Assembly (NCBI RefSeq): GCF_000315625.1
Contig: NW_005434632.1
Span: forward strand, 281,901-345,900
DNA from: Guillardia theta CCMP2712
Lineage: Eukaryota; Protista; Cryptophyta
Direction of reading: 5' to 3'
DNA: 64,000 nt
Part shown: positions 13,301-26,040 of the stretch, one piece after another
Layout: each line of letters starts with the position of its first letter
Numbering within the stretch: position 1 is the stretch's first letter
Program-made: the position numbers and the translations under genes
Notes under the pieces: generated by a model
Seen by the model: the letters and a program-made list of their open reading frames with translations, nothing else
Told to the model about the DNA's origin: nothing
Databases searched by the model: none

Positions 13301-13993
13301 CATTCTCATACTACACAGCAGAGAGTTGTCAGCATTACAGACTGCGACAATCTGCATTCCATTCTACCTGAGCATTGTTCTTCTTGATGTTCTGCTTCAT
13401 GGCATTCAAAGACTTCGCATTCGTCTTGCTCATCTTCTTGACCTGGAAGAGCGTGCGAGTCAGTTCTCCGCACATGCATCAGCCTCATCGCAAGAACCTT
13501 GTCCTTGTCCTTGGTAGTCTCTTCGACAACCTGTGCCAACTTGGCGATGATGGAGATGTAAAACTTGGGGACTCCGGACTCAGAGATTAGGTTGGACGCC
13601 TTGGAAATCTGTTGGTTGAGCTTCTGAAAGTCTACCAGCGTATCAGCAGGGAGCAAAGTCTGATCACTGTCACAGTACCGCTTGCAATGGCATTCCAATC
13701 ATTGATCTTCATAGCATTTTGCAGCGCTAAAGCAGATATCAGCAACACGATGTCAACGTCCTTCAATTCCCACCTTTGACCGTCTGCCTCATTTCATCGT
13801 ATCTCTTGTCCTTTTGCGAGACCACCTTCCTTGGTCCTTTGCGGACGGGAGCGTCCTTGGTGAAGGATGAGGACTTCTTGAGCTGCTGCTGCGGTTTCTC
13901 ATCCTCAGACGATTCCTCTTCGGAAGTCTCCTCCTCCGACTCGGTCTCCTCCTCGGACGATGAATCACCAGGTTTGGCAAAGAACCGAGACAT
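10358..13993 (-). CDS. EIF3C: Eukaryotic translation initiation factor 3 subunit C (NIP1), multi-exon
   Basis: MSRFFAKPGDSSSEEE start, [78 protein letters not shown], and PCI domain SKMIISEELFASWDQPT. RG-rich last exon ends at TAA 10358-10360. Confidence 0.96.
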
Positions 13994-14451
13994 CTGCTCA
14001 AGCACAGGGCAAAGCAAACGTCACAAGGGGACACAATGGATGGAAGTCTACATATCAGACAGTATGTGTGCCATTTTTCACCTAAGAATGACTGTTCGTG
14101 CAACATGCACATCTATCTACGTCATCGCCAACACAATGGTGTTGTCCAGTACAAGCAAAGGCCGAGACTGCACTATCCGTCCTCCTCCCACATTCAATCT
14201 ATGAATCAGTGCATATCCTTGCTTCCTCATCCCAGGCCGACATCACCATCGTGCCCTCTACCATCGTCCCTCCCGCCATCCCGCTCTGCCATACCTGCAG
14301 CTGCGTCGGCACTTGATTTCAGGCTCGATCACCCAATTTTTCAAAATGCACAATATTTCGATCAAAAATAGATGAAATAATTCAATTTGCTGTATGGCTT
14401 TTAAACCTGTATCAAAGCATGTTATGCAAGGACCCCCTTCGGAAAGGTCCC

Positions 14452-14545
14452 GATGACGTGGGCGCCTCGTGCAATTCGGGCGAAAGAAAGACCCACGTGA
14501 CCATAGCAGTTGTCACGTGACACAACCCGTTTAGTCACGTGATCA
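14452..14545. promoter_or_regulatory. Cluster of E-box/G-box palindromes in the divergent eIF3c / ankyrin intergenic region
   Basis: TGACGTGG (~14454), CACGTGAC (14494), 12-bp palindrome TGTCACGTGACA (14511-14522) and GTCACGTGAT (14534) within ~90 bp, midway between two divergent ATGs. Confidence 0.5.
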
Positions 14546-15009
14546 GTGGGATCCAGAAAGATGGTAGACCATTTCTTACCTACCCACCCCCACCTAAAAT
14601 CCTTGTATCAGCCTTGGACACACACCCCTCGTGTACCACAACCCCTTATTTGCTATATGACTGAAGGGGTCTGGGTGGTTGATGAAAATGCGTTGAAGAA
14701 ATCGGGTGGTCACTGAGGAGGGGTAGTCAGTATGAATCAGAGGGTACTCGATTAGTAAATGGTGGGTAGTGGATTGTTCCAAGGTGGGTCAGGGTGGGTG
14801 ATGGTAGGGTGGGGTGCAAAAGGAAACGGGGTGGGGCCTTGAAAAGGAGTTGCCGTTGCAAGGAGTCGGAGAGAAACGCGAAGTTGGCAGCGAACAACAG
14901 GGTGAAGAAGGAACAAGAGGAGAAGCTCGAGAAGCTGCCTTGTGTGCAAACAGTGGAGATTGAGCCATCGAGTGTTGAGATCGGAGATTGATCGAGAAGC
15001 AACGAAGGA

Positions 15010-16197
15010 ATGGGCGCCCAAGACGAAAACGCATGTCCTAACCTCCTTTCGGCGGATCCTACCGCATTGCTCCTGAGTGCCAAGAGGGAAGTCTATGAGG
15101 CTGCCGAATCAAAGGCGGCCATGCTATTGCAGCAGAAGATCGAGCAAACTGAACAGATAGAAAGGGAAGAGATTCGATACGTGCTTGCTCTTCAGAGTGA
15201 AGAAGACGAGAAGCTTTTGCAGCTCGCCAAGCAGGAGGAGGAGGACCTTGCTATGGCGCAGAAGGCACAGGAGGAGGAAGAGGCGGAAGCGCAGAAGATT
15301 GAAGACACGAAGAAGGTCCAGGTGTCTGATGACGAGAAGCTTGCCTTCGAGATGCACAAAGAGCTCGTGGATGAGCTTCACAGCGCTGTGCACAAGGACG
15401 ATAGGAGCAAAGTGATCGCCCTGCTCAAACAGGGAGCGAATGCAAGCCTCGTCCTCCAAGAGGGAGTGACCAACTCACCTCTGCAGATCGCTGTGCTCAG
15501 GAACCTCCCGGAGATGGTGAGGATACTTGTCAACGGTCAGGCGGACATCAACTACACCAATTCGCGCAAGGAAACGGCTCTTCACTTCGCAGCTCAGAAG
15601 AACAGGATGGAATGCCTGAAGATCCTGATGAAGGAGAGACCGAACCTCGACATCCAGAACGTGGACGGGCACACTCCCCTGATGGTGGCAGCCAAGGCCG
15701 GATACTCCGAGCCAGTGAAGTATCTGGTCGACAACGGAGCAGACCCTTACTTGAAGGACCTGAGGAATAGGATGGCGCTACATCTCGTTCCCTTCCTCTG
15801 TCGATCGCTCAGAACACTCCTCGAAGGCATGTGTGGCTGGAGCTTGCTTGAAGCCTCTTCCAAGGGCCGTGGGAATGACGTCGTTGACCTCGTCAGGCGG
15901 GGGGCGAGTACTCAGATATCTGACGAGCACCTGAGAACCCCGTTGCACTTAGCAGCTCAGGGAGGGCATGGAATCATCGTGGAATACCTTCTTCAGCACC
16001 ATTGCAAGATCGATGCCGCAGACGACCAGGGTCAAACTGCCCTGCACAAGGCAGCGTATGCAGACAAGAACCTTGTCGTGCGGATCCTGCTCAACGCCGG
16101 GGCAGACACAACGGTCAAGGACCAGAATGGAAAGACAGCGATTGATATTGCTGGAGCGCTATCGAAGAAAGTTCTGCAGCAAGAAAAGTCGGCATGA
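15010..16197 (+). CDS. Ankyrin-repeat protein with N-terminal acidic coiled coil / MIU-like motifs, single exon, 395 aa
   Basis: About 7 ankyrin repeats (ETALHFAAQKN, GHTPLMVAAKAG, RTPLHLAAQGGH, GQTALHKAAYAD). N-terminal EEDLAMAQKAQEEE and DDEKLAFEMHKE. Confidence 0.9.
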   Translation: MGAQDENACPNLLSADPTALLLSAKREVYEAAESKAAMLLQQKIEQTEQIEREEIRYVLALQSEEDEKLLQLAKQEEEDLAMAQKAQEEEEAEAQKIEDTKKVQVSDDEKLAFEMHKELVDELHSAVHKDDRSKVIALLKQGANASLVLQEGVTNSPLQIAVLRNLPEMVRILVNGQADINYTNSRKETALHFAAQKNRMECLKILMKERPNLDIQNVDGHTPLMVAAKAGYSEPVKYLVDNGADPYLKDLRNRMALHLVPFLCRSLRTLLEGMCGWSLLEASSKGRGNDVVDLVRRGASTQISDEHLRTPLHLAAQGGHGIIVEYLLQHHCKIDAADDQGQTALHKAAYADKNLVVRILLNAGADTTVKDQNGKTAIDIAGALSKKVLQQEKSA

Positions 16198-16688
16198 ATT
16201 TTTTTTTATTCTTTATCTAACCTACTAATCACGGTCACCAAGTTTCAATCTGCTGTCAATGGCGATCATAGTACTACGTTATCTTCTGTAGTAAATTGTT
16301 TGTATTCGCCAAAGTTTTCAGTTTGTCCAAGTTGTTCCCGGCGAACTTCAGAACAGTTTTAAGTTCGCTAGCCCGGGCCGACTCCGGGCGACCGTCCGGG
16401 AGTCCGGGCAGGGCCGCGGATAACTTCCAACAATCGGACCTCTAATACTTGAACTCCCAAAGAACTTTGGAACACCGCGGCCCGGCCCACTGCCGCACTG
16501 CCCCCGCCCGCCGCCGCCGCCGCCCGGCGGCCCGGCGGTGCGGTCGCTGAGTGCCCGGCGCGGCCCGTCGGCCGCGGCGTGCGGCGGGCGGCCCGGCGGC
16601 CGGATCCTCCGGGCCCGCTGCCGGGCCCTGGCCGGGCCCGGTTCTTCAGAAGGTGAGGCGGGTTTGATCCATGGCAGGAGCGATCGGC

Positions 16689-17783
16689 ATGAAGCGAGGG
16701 AGAAGGGACATAACGGTTGCAGAGAGCGACGACATGGCGACGACAGCGCTGGGAGGACACGTGGTTGCGTCAGATGTCAGTGAGGAAGCGAGGAAAGATA
16801 GGCCACACTCCAAGCTGTGGATGGAGAGAACGGGGGCATTCGAGTGTAGCGAGGACGAGCAGATTTCGGAGGACATGGTGCTCAAGGGGAAGGTCGTTGC
16901 AAGAGGAGTAGAGAACTTGGTTGAGATTTCTTTCACAGAAGTACTACTCCAATGGGAACAGGGGTGTTGTCTACATCGCTACATGTGTGATGAAAGGAGG
17001 AGAGGTTAAGGTTAGTTTGCTTTGACTGTTTGACCTGTGATATCATGCACAACATTTTTTCGCAGGTTGCGGTGAAAGAAATTTTGCATGAGAAGCACAT
17101 CAAGCCTGGGAGGTGCTACATTGGAGAAGAAGCATTGGAGAAGGAGGCGGGGTGGCTGCAGCGAGCAAACGAGCATGGCATCGGACCAAGATTCCTCTAC
17201 GGGGATTCGAGGAAAGTCATAATGGAGTTTGTTGAAGGAAAGAGGATTTTGGCATTCATTACCGAGGAACACGACGAGGAACGGTACCTTCATCAACCGA
17301 ATGTTTTGCGTCGTGATACATTTGTCTCAGCTGCAAGAAAGCACTCTGCGAAGTTTTGACTCAGTTGCGGAAACTTGATTCATTGCACATTCACAAAGGA
17401 GAGTTTGTCAGACCGGACCGACACATTCTCATCAGAGATGATGGAACGCCTGTACTGATTGACTTCGAGCGATGTAAAGAATCGTCTACTCCTCAGAATA
17501 TCACTCAGTTCGTCCAATTTCTGGCAGGTATCAAGGTAATCCTAGCTTGCTCCTGTTACCATGAAAATCCACCGAACTGATCACAAACTAGCTGGATGCA
17601 GCTCTGCATTCAAACGGCAAGAACGTGAAGATCAATGGAGAACGTCTCCGCGAATTGTCGCGAGATTACAAATCCCAAGGGTCTTCGACGCTTCTGTGCC
17701 CTCAAGGAGATGCTGACACTGTCGGATTCAGGTACAGGGAGCAAGAGTTCGAGCTTATGTTGAATCTGATTAGAAATTCATGA
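16689..17783 (+). CDS. Small atypical Ser/Thr protein kinase, archaeal COG2112-like (RIO/Bud32 clan), ~5 short introns
   Basis: Spliced product KYYSNGNRGVVYIATC..GEVAVKEIL..ALEKEAGWLQRANEHGIGPRFL..VIMEFVEG..LRKLDSLHIHKGEFVRPDRHILI..PVLIDFERC..PQNITQFVQFL..YREQEFELMLNLIRNS*. The start could be 16671 or 16689. Confidence 0.8.
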
Positions 17784-18070
17784 AACGCTTGAAAGCGTCT
17801 TTCTTCCCTCCCCTACTAAGTCGGTCACTGGGCCGCGGCTGCGCGCCGCCGGGGCCGCCGGCGGCCCGCCGGGCCGGGCCGGGCGTAGTAGGGCCTTCAC
17901 CGTAGGCTAGGCGGCTATCATGCCGCGTGGACGGCTGGCCGTCGGACGGCGGGCCGGGCACCGCAAGACCGGGCCCGGCGGGGCGGGAGGCCTGCCAAGC
18001 CTCCGGCCGGGCCTTGAAGTTGTCGGACTCGTTCAACGGTTTGAAACCGTCCAGGCTTAAAGTTTTGTTC

Positions 18071-19367
18071 ATGAAAACTTTGTAAGTTCCAAACTTTGGG
18101 CGGCCACCATGACGTGAGTCCGCTGCGAGGGAGAGGGCAGCAGGGGAAAATCAGAAGGAGCAACAACAAGACAGCAAGACAAGCAAGACAACAAGAGCCT
18201 GCCACGACATCTCATCCAGCGAATGACAATGTCGAGGCTCTTCTTCATCGCCTTCTTTACCGCCATGGCTGTAGCACCTGTACATAATTTCGTCTTGTCA
18301 CCTGTAACGCCACAGCCCTTACTCAGCAAGAACAGCTGCGGTAAGCTCTCCCCCCTGTATCCCTCTTGACGCCTTGAACCTCTCTTGCTCCTCCCGATAG
18401 CCTTGCTACCCGATGCCGAATGAATCGGATGCACTGCAGGCCTCAGATCAAGAGCATCTGTTCACTCGGGACACGTCAGAGGAAACCAACCCCTCGCCAT
18501 GTCCCTGGGGTCGGAGGTCGTGGAGATCATGGTCGACCTCGCCTCCTCCACATCCACCTGGCTGGTTGATGAGGCTGAGCATCCCGTGAGGGCCTTGGGG
18601 GAGTTCTCTGCCATGGAACAGAAAAGAATCCTGAGCTTCGAGAGCCTTGCTCTAGCTCCTTTGTACCTCCTCATGGCAGCGTAAGCGATCTCATTCCTTG
18701 TGCTCTCCCGCTCTTTTCCGACCCATTGCTCCCCTCCTCTTGCTCCGCTCCCCCAATCCCCCTCCTCCCTGCTTATCGTCTCTTCCCCCGCCGTCTTTCT
18801 GTAACTCTCGTTTCATTCTCCTCCTGCTTCTCCGCCCTGTGCCTTCCTTCAGCCATCCCCTGATCTTTCTTCCTCTCCAGCGAACCGACGTCCCCTCGCT
18901 CCATCGCCGTCCGTAGGAGCTGGTGGACTGTCCTCCTGCTTGCCGTCGTCTTCGGCAGCATCGGCAGGTAAGGAGCCGACCCATCGCCCGCTGCTCCGCC
19001 ATCGTCTCACATCGCCTGCAGCACCTTCGGCTTCTACTTCTTCGACATCTTCATGGCTCGCTGCATTGCGCACGACGCGACGGTCAAGGCGCGTCATGCC
19101 GTGACTCACTCGATCCTGTGAGCTAGCGGACCTGACCGGATCCCGTTGACCCGCGTGCTCTAGGTTATGCTTCTTCCTTGGGGCCCCGTACGGGTGGGTG
19201 TCGAACAAGCTGACGGGGCTCGTGTCGAGGATCTCAACGTACCAGAGAACGTGATGGTTTTCAGGTGTGTTCACTTCGAATGTTCCTCCATGAAAGAATC
19301 TACACGTTCTGCACTCTACCATGAGTATGATTGCTCCATCCCCATCATTTCATGCACATTCTCCTAA
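18071..19367 (+). CDS. Hypothetical multi-exon membrane protein
   Basis: GT-AG bounded coding-like segments (SLGSEVVEIMVDLASS..LALAPLYLLMAA; RRSWWTVLLLAVVFGSIG|TFGFYFFDIF; PWGPVRVGVEQ). No family recognised and boundaries are approximate. Confidence 0.45.
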
Positions 19368-19466
19368 CATTCGTCTGATTTCTCCTCCAACCTTCCTTCA
19401 CGTTCTGCTGTTAAGAACGCATCGAAAGTTTCCTTTACTATCATCTCACCGTCGCTTGCTTTCTCC

Positions 19467-19636
19467 TCAGCTCTTGTCTAGAGTGGGAGATACTCTACAA
19501 TTCCCTGACTGTCCTCGTTCACTCGCCGCGGGCAGGGGCGAGACGTCATGCTCAGCCTTCTCAGCTGCCAGCGCCTTCATCTTGGCCTCGAACCTCTTGT
19601 TCTCCCTGTGGCTTTGATTGGACCTGCACGGAACAG

Positions 19637-19714
<78 letters not shown>

Positions 19715-22132
19715 AATAGCCTCATCTTCGCGCCCTGCTCATTCTCTCCACTCGGTCTTCCTCCTCACAACCCAAACCACCGATCTCTTCCTTCCTGATC
19801 CCCTGTCCGACTCTCTCTCCTTCCTCCTGCTGCTCCCTCCCGCCCCCTCCCGTCTACCTGTAGGTCATCCAGACTCCAACAGCGTTCAGACACACAAAGG
19901 TAAAGCAAAGGCTCGCAAAGACAGCAGTCGTCAGCTGGTATTCAAAAACGCACAAGAAAAACGTCAGAACTCTTGAAGAGATCGTTCAGCAACTTTTTCA
20001 CCTGCGACTGAGCGCCGACGTTGAGGTCGGACACCGGCATGTCCCAAGGAGACATTCCGTGTCCTCGCTCCCGCTGCCACTGTTGTTGCGATCAGATGCT
20101 GATGGGCAGATAGAGCGGGGGGAGGAGGGAGGGAGGGAGGGAGGGAGGGAGGCAGGGAGGCAGGGAGGCAGGGAGGCAGGGAGGGAGGCAGGGAGGGAGG
20201 GAGGGAGAGAAAGTGTGAATGAGGAGGTGGAGGAATGCGAGGGGCGAACAGCAGGAGGATAGAAAGGAAGGAGACAGGAAGGGGATAAAAGTAGGAAGCG
20301 GTAGGAATTTGTGAAAGGTCGGTGGGGGGAGGGGAGAAAGGGTCGGGTCGGAGGCCAGCGGGGACAGGAGGGAGACAGGAGGGGGAGGGGGAGTGGTAGT
20401 GAGGAGGGGGAGACCATCTCTCCCCCGGAGAAGATTGCATCTCCTCCGGAGAAGATTGCATCTCCTCCGGAGAAGATTGCATCTCCTCCGGAGAAGATTG
20501 CAGAGGAGATCGAAGAGGAGGGGGAGGAGGAGGAGGAGGTGGTGGTGGTGGTGGTGGTGGTGGTGGAGAGTGTACAACCTTGCCGTTCAGGCATATCTGT
20601 GGTTCCCCTCCATCGGTAGGGGCTTGACAGCGTTTGGATCCCTCTTGACATCTGAGGAATTTGAGTTCGATCAACCGAGTCGAGAGGTCGAGAGGAACGA
20701 GGAGGAGGGAGGAAAAGAGGAAAGGGCGAAGGAGAGGTGAGTTGGAAGGAGGAAGGGAGGAAGGGACAGTGAAGGGACGCAAAGGACGAGCTGCAGAACT
20801 TACATCTGGCACTTCCCCCGATTACAATATCCACTCCAGTCTACACTCGGAGAAACGAAATTGTACCTGTCGATTAGTTACAAGGAGTGAAACTCGTTCA
20901 CGAGTTTAGATTGGATCATCCCTCTTCTATCAAGCAGCACGAGACAACATCGCTTAAACCTGTCCCCCCCCAGTCCCCCTTACTTCTTTCAAGTCCTATC
21001 CCCTCCTCCTCCCCCTCCCTCTCCCCCTCTATCGCCATCCTACTCCCTAGCCTCCTACTCCCTCTCCTCCTCCTCCTTCACCACTCCCTGCCTTTCTCTT
21101 TCTCTTTCTCGCCCTCCCTCACCCTGCAGACGCGAACGTCGCGTCGTTAGCCTGACATGCTGGGTCAGCAAAAACTTCCCCGATTGTGCTATCGCGATAA
21201 CCCGCCCACTGCCATGACCGTCAGGAGAGACAAATCGACTGAGTCACAATCTTCACCCGAGGGCAGACGGCAGCCATGTTGGCAAAGTTCTTGGTGCTGA
21301 GGTCGGAATCTGTTTCTCCCTCACTGCACCTGGTGATGTCCTGTGACAGGCTGCGACAAAGTCATTCATCTGCCAGGACGAGGAGGAGAGGAAGGAGGAG
21401 GAGGAGGAGGGGAAGGAGTAGTAGTAGTAGGAGGTGGTGGTGGTGGAGGAAGAGGGTTCTTACCCGCCAGCAACGGAGCAGGGGTAGAAGTCGGGAGCCC
21501 AGGAGTTCACTCGACCGCAGAAGCTACTGGCTAGAGGCTTTGACAGCACGTTGAGGGCAACCCGAGCAACGCTGACAGCTTTCCCGTCGCTCCTGACCCG
21601 CCATGAGCATCACAAGAAGCCAAGAGGAAATGTTGCTGCCTCACCTCTTCTCAGAAACGACAGTTGACGTGATGGTGTCGGCGAAGTGGACAGAGCATGG
21701 CGTGCTGGGAACGTCGTACTTCTTGCACCTGCTGCTGATGTTGAGGCCCTCGAAGGCAAGCCCATACAGTTCATATTGTTTCATCAAGCGCGTGTAGTCT
21801 TCGTTCGAGCTCGTCCCTGCCGTCCCAGAGTTGGTGGAGGTCACTCGGGGTATCTTGAACTCTCCTACACCGCAGTACTCGTTGACAGGACAGTCACAGT
21901 CCGTCACGCACTCCACACAAACACCCTTCACTTGCGCGGTCCCAGCCGATGGCGTTGGGTCGGAGTAGGAGATGGTGTTGAGGGTAGGAGTGGTGTCCTT
22001 CCAGTAGACGTAGCAGTGGGGATACCGCGCGTCCTTGCAGTCAGCAGCTGAAGCGCAGAAGTCGCCATAGAGGGCGGAGGAGGGGAGGACTAGGAGCGCG
22101 GCTAACGCATAAAGTATCCACACTCTTGCCAT
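19467..22132 (-). CDS. Cys-rich type I membrane protein (signal peptide, Cys-rich ectodomain, one TM, short tail), multi-exon
   Basis: Signal peptide MARVWILYALAALLVLPSSA. Cys modules CASAADCKDARYPHC, CVECVTDCDCPVNEYC, WSGYCNRGKC, CQEGSKRC..QICLNG. TM TAVFASLCFTFVCLNAVGVWMTY (~19860-19930). Tail ENKRFEAKMKALAAEK..PTLDKS* (stop 19467-19469). Confidence 0.7.
20422..20502. repeat. 21-bp minisatellite x~4 (CTCCGGAGAAGATTGCATCTC), intronic
   Basis: Direct tandem copies visible in the sequence. Confidence 0.9.
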
Positions 22133-22699
22133 TCGACGAGGTCGGTTAAGGGTAGGGGGTAATTCAGTACGGGTATATTTGTAAACATTTGGGTGATGAG
22201 GAATAGGTGGGGTAGGAAAGAGATGAAGGGGGTGGGTGTTTTGACTAGGATGGTCAAATGTGGGGTCAAACATGAAGGGAAGGGAAGTAGAAGGGAAGTA
22301 GAAGACGAGGGAGGGAGAGAGGGAAGGGAGGGAGAGAGGGAAGGGAAGGGGAAACGCTAGATAGGAAGAGGAGAGAAACTTAGAAGAAGAGGACATGATA
22401 GTGTTAAGATTTGTTCTACTTGTCGTTCAATAGTTATCATAGTACTTGCTTTCTAGACAGAAAGTCGTCTCCATCGCTAGTGACGACTAGGAAGGAGAGG
22501 GACTGAAAGGAGTTCTCCTCCTCCCACCTATCGCAACTTCCTCGCCTCCCTCGTCCAGTAGGAGTGGATGGTGTACTGCAATTGAAGCCTCACCCCCTCT
22601 ACCCCCTCAAACTCCCTCACCTTTGCGATTTCTTCTCTCTTCCTCCACCTACACACCATCTTGTCAGCCTTTTGACCTCCTTTTGACCGTCTCCTCCTC

Positions 22700-23838
22700 T
22701 CACCAGAGCCCCGAGATGCGATCGAGGGGGTCGAAGTTGAAGATGCCGGGCTCGGCGATGCCTCTTGCTTCCGCTGCTAGCGAAAAGCGACGAGACCTCA
22801 AGTACGTGCCTGTCACTTGGATGTGAGTAGCAGAAGGAGGGAGGAGAGAGAAAGCAGGATGGGAAGCAGCAGGGAAGACAGGAGTAGAGCAGGAGCAGGG
22901 GCAGGGGCAGGGGCAGGGGCAGGAGCAGAAGTGAAGGGACCCAGCATGAGGTCGGAGTAGAGGTGATGAGCGACTCGTGGGGGTGGCTCCTTGCCAAGAA
23001 CCTGACGCAGTGATGAGATGAAGCAGAGAGGAAGGAGGAGGGAAAGCAAGGGGAGGAGGAGGGAGCGCAGGAGAGGAAAATAGGGAAGCAAAATGGAGGG
23101 GAGAAAGAAACAATCGGAGGCTGAGGGGAGAACAGGGCGAGGAGGTACAAGGTTTCACCTCTGTAAACGCCTTGCGAAAGCGGTTGTGAGGGGAGTAGGA
23201 GATTTCGTAGAAGAAAACGTGATCGACTTCGTTCAAGGGAGAACTTCCTGGTTGTTCTCCAGTCAGTTGGATCAAGGAGGAGCTATCTTCACGAAGTCTG
23301 CCGACGCTCTTCCCTCCCTTGAGCAAGCGATTCATCCTAAGCTTCTGCATGACAGCAGATCAACCAAGTGTTGTAACAAAACGATCGGGTCCACCTTCCC
23401 CTCCTGTTTTTTTCGCTCCACCTTTCCCTCTCTCCCCTTCCCCCTTTCTCCCTCTCCCTCTCCCTCTCCCTCTCCCTCTCCATCTGTTTCCCTCCCTCTC
23501 CATCTGTTTCCCTTCCTCCCGCCCCTCTCTTTCCCTCCTCTCCTCTTCCCACCTCATGGTGCATGTACTGGTCATCGCGATGAATGCCGTTGTACCACTC
23601 CTGGTAACTTCAAAATTTTCACCTCCAACATCGCCCGACTCGTTGACGCACGTGTAAGAGCCGGTAGACGGAGCGACGTCGATGAGAGCAGAAGCGCCTT
23701 TGCCCTCAAACCTCTTGTAGGTCACGTTGGTGTAGCCGGGGAAAAAGTCCTCGTAGATGCACTGAACAAGTCAGGAGGAGTGAGTTGAAGGATGAGCTGA
23801 GTTGAGGTGGAGATGGAGAGCAGCGAGAGAGGAAGGGA

Positions 23839-23888
<50 letters not shown>

Positions 23889-25967
23889 AGGACAAGTGGA
23901 GCAGGTGGTGGAGGAAGGAGGGAGAGTGCAGGAGCAGGCGAGAAAGGGATGAGAGAAGGGGGCGTGTCAAGGTTTGATGGAGTAGACAGAGAGCAGGTTC
24001 GAGAGGCAGGGGGGAGAGGAGAGGGAGCAAGCCAGGAGGGAGCTTACAGTGAAGTAGGATACTTCACAAGCTTCTGGTAGCAGCCAGGAGCACCAAGGAA
24101 AGGTGCAAAGACAGGTGGAATGCAGACGCTGGTCAGAGACTGCTTGCTTCATCTTCATCTCTGAAAAGAATGTCATGAGAGGTTGGAGTTGAGTCCTGAA
24201 ACAACCTGACAGTTTGGAGAACTCCGCATGGGGGGAGTAGACCACCATCTGGAAGGACGAGGATGGGGACGAAGGCGAAAAAGGGAGGAGGAGGGGGAAG
24301 GTGTCGGTTGAGGAGGAAGGAGAAAGGAATCGGGAATCGCGGGGGGGGGGGGGGGAAGAAATGGGAAGGAGAGGCGAAATGAGAGAAAGAGTGGGGAGGA
24401 AGGAGTTGAATATAGAGATCGAGAGAAGGGAAGAAGAGCGAGGGGCAAACAGAGTGAAACGAGGGAATGGTGAGATAAGCTGTCACGAAAACAAAACTTC
24501 TTACTTGCAAACAAACGAGGCTGACCCCGCTGAAAATGTGAACCGACAGGAGAAATTTCCACAACACTGACTTGAAAGCTTTCCTGACCATGGTGCAGTC
24601 TCTCAGCACGTGTATAGGTAGGAGAATAAACATGAGAACAACAGGAAATTTGTTTTGGCGATCACCATGATGGGAGTGATTGAGGCATTTTGTCGGATTC
24701 AGATGTTTTGCTCGCAGACTTCTCACTGGCCTTGTTTCCCACCTTCATCAGATCTGTCAGGTGTTGTTGTGTACAAGCACATGCGAACATCCAGATCTAT
24801 CTTTTCATGATCATCATCACCACCACCACCACCACCACCATCATCTGCTTCATTATCATCATCGTCGTCGTGGTCGTCGTCATCATCATCATCATCATCA
24901 TCATCATTTTACTTGTCTCATGATGTTGAAGTGCAAGAAGTTGAACCACGAAAATGTCAGTCTTCCATACCTGCCCATTCTTTGAGTGAGATTTCTACAC
25001 ACAGCAACGTAAACTTTTATCACCACAAGCTGTCCGTAAGAAAGATCATCATTCCCACAGTCGCCATTGCCAAAATCTTCCAAAGTGTCGGCAACAAGTG
25101 AGATCTTGATAGGAAACAAGACCGTATGACGAGCCAGGTACGAGGCCCAAGACACAGCACTTGAGAACTTCTAGCGATTATGATGGTGAGAGGATACCAT
25201 TGCAGTTTGAAGTTTTACTCCTTACCTTCTCCCGATGGAACAAGAAGATATCGACAGCGAGGCAAGAGGCCACGACGACGAAGTTCAATCGCAGATATAC
25301 CGTGATAGCGCACAGCTTGAAAGCTCACATCAGAGATTGAAAAGTGCATGTCATCTATCAACATTTCTCTCTCTCTCCCCCTTCCTCCCCTTCCTCGCTC
25401 TCGCGAGCCCTCTTTCCTTTCCTTCCTTCCTTCCTTCCTTCCTTCCTGCTCCTCCTCCTCCTCCCCACCCCCCCCCCCCTATCACGCATACTCTTCTTCT
25501 ATGAGGAAAGAGGCAAAGAATAATCATGTGGAGGATGAGGAAGTTTTGGACGCCAGTGCCGTAGAGCATGTAGTGGAGGGCCTCCCAGTAGTTGCCTGCC
25601 GGCCATGGTTGGACTTGCAGCATGCAGGCAGGGGAGGGGGTACCGGCTTCTCCTTGCTCCACTGAGAACTCAGCATTCCAGCATGCAAGGACCTGTGTGG
25701 AAGGAATTTCAACAGAGGTTGTAGAGTAGTTGTATCGTACCTGGAAAGCAACGCAGACAACAAGGCAGGAAGACAGCAGGATGTCAGTGTGCTTGTCGTC
25801 GAGCGACCTGTTTGAAGAATTAGGAACCATGGGCTCCTTCCACCATTGAGAAAAAAGATTGACCGGCCGTCGAAGAAAGCTTTCCAGGCCGGAACAAGAT
25901 CTTGGTTTTCATCGTAGTCAGGATGATGAGCAGGATGATGAGAAGGAGGAGGGAGGAGGAGGAGATC

Positions 25968-26040
<73 letters not shown>

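Noticed and set aside
16895-16960. Apparent frameshift or non-canonical intron in the kinase G-loop
   Set aside because: Resolved by a canonical ~46-nt GTCGTT..CACAG intron giving KGK|KYYSNGNRGVVY.
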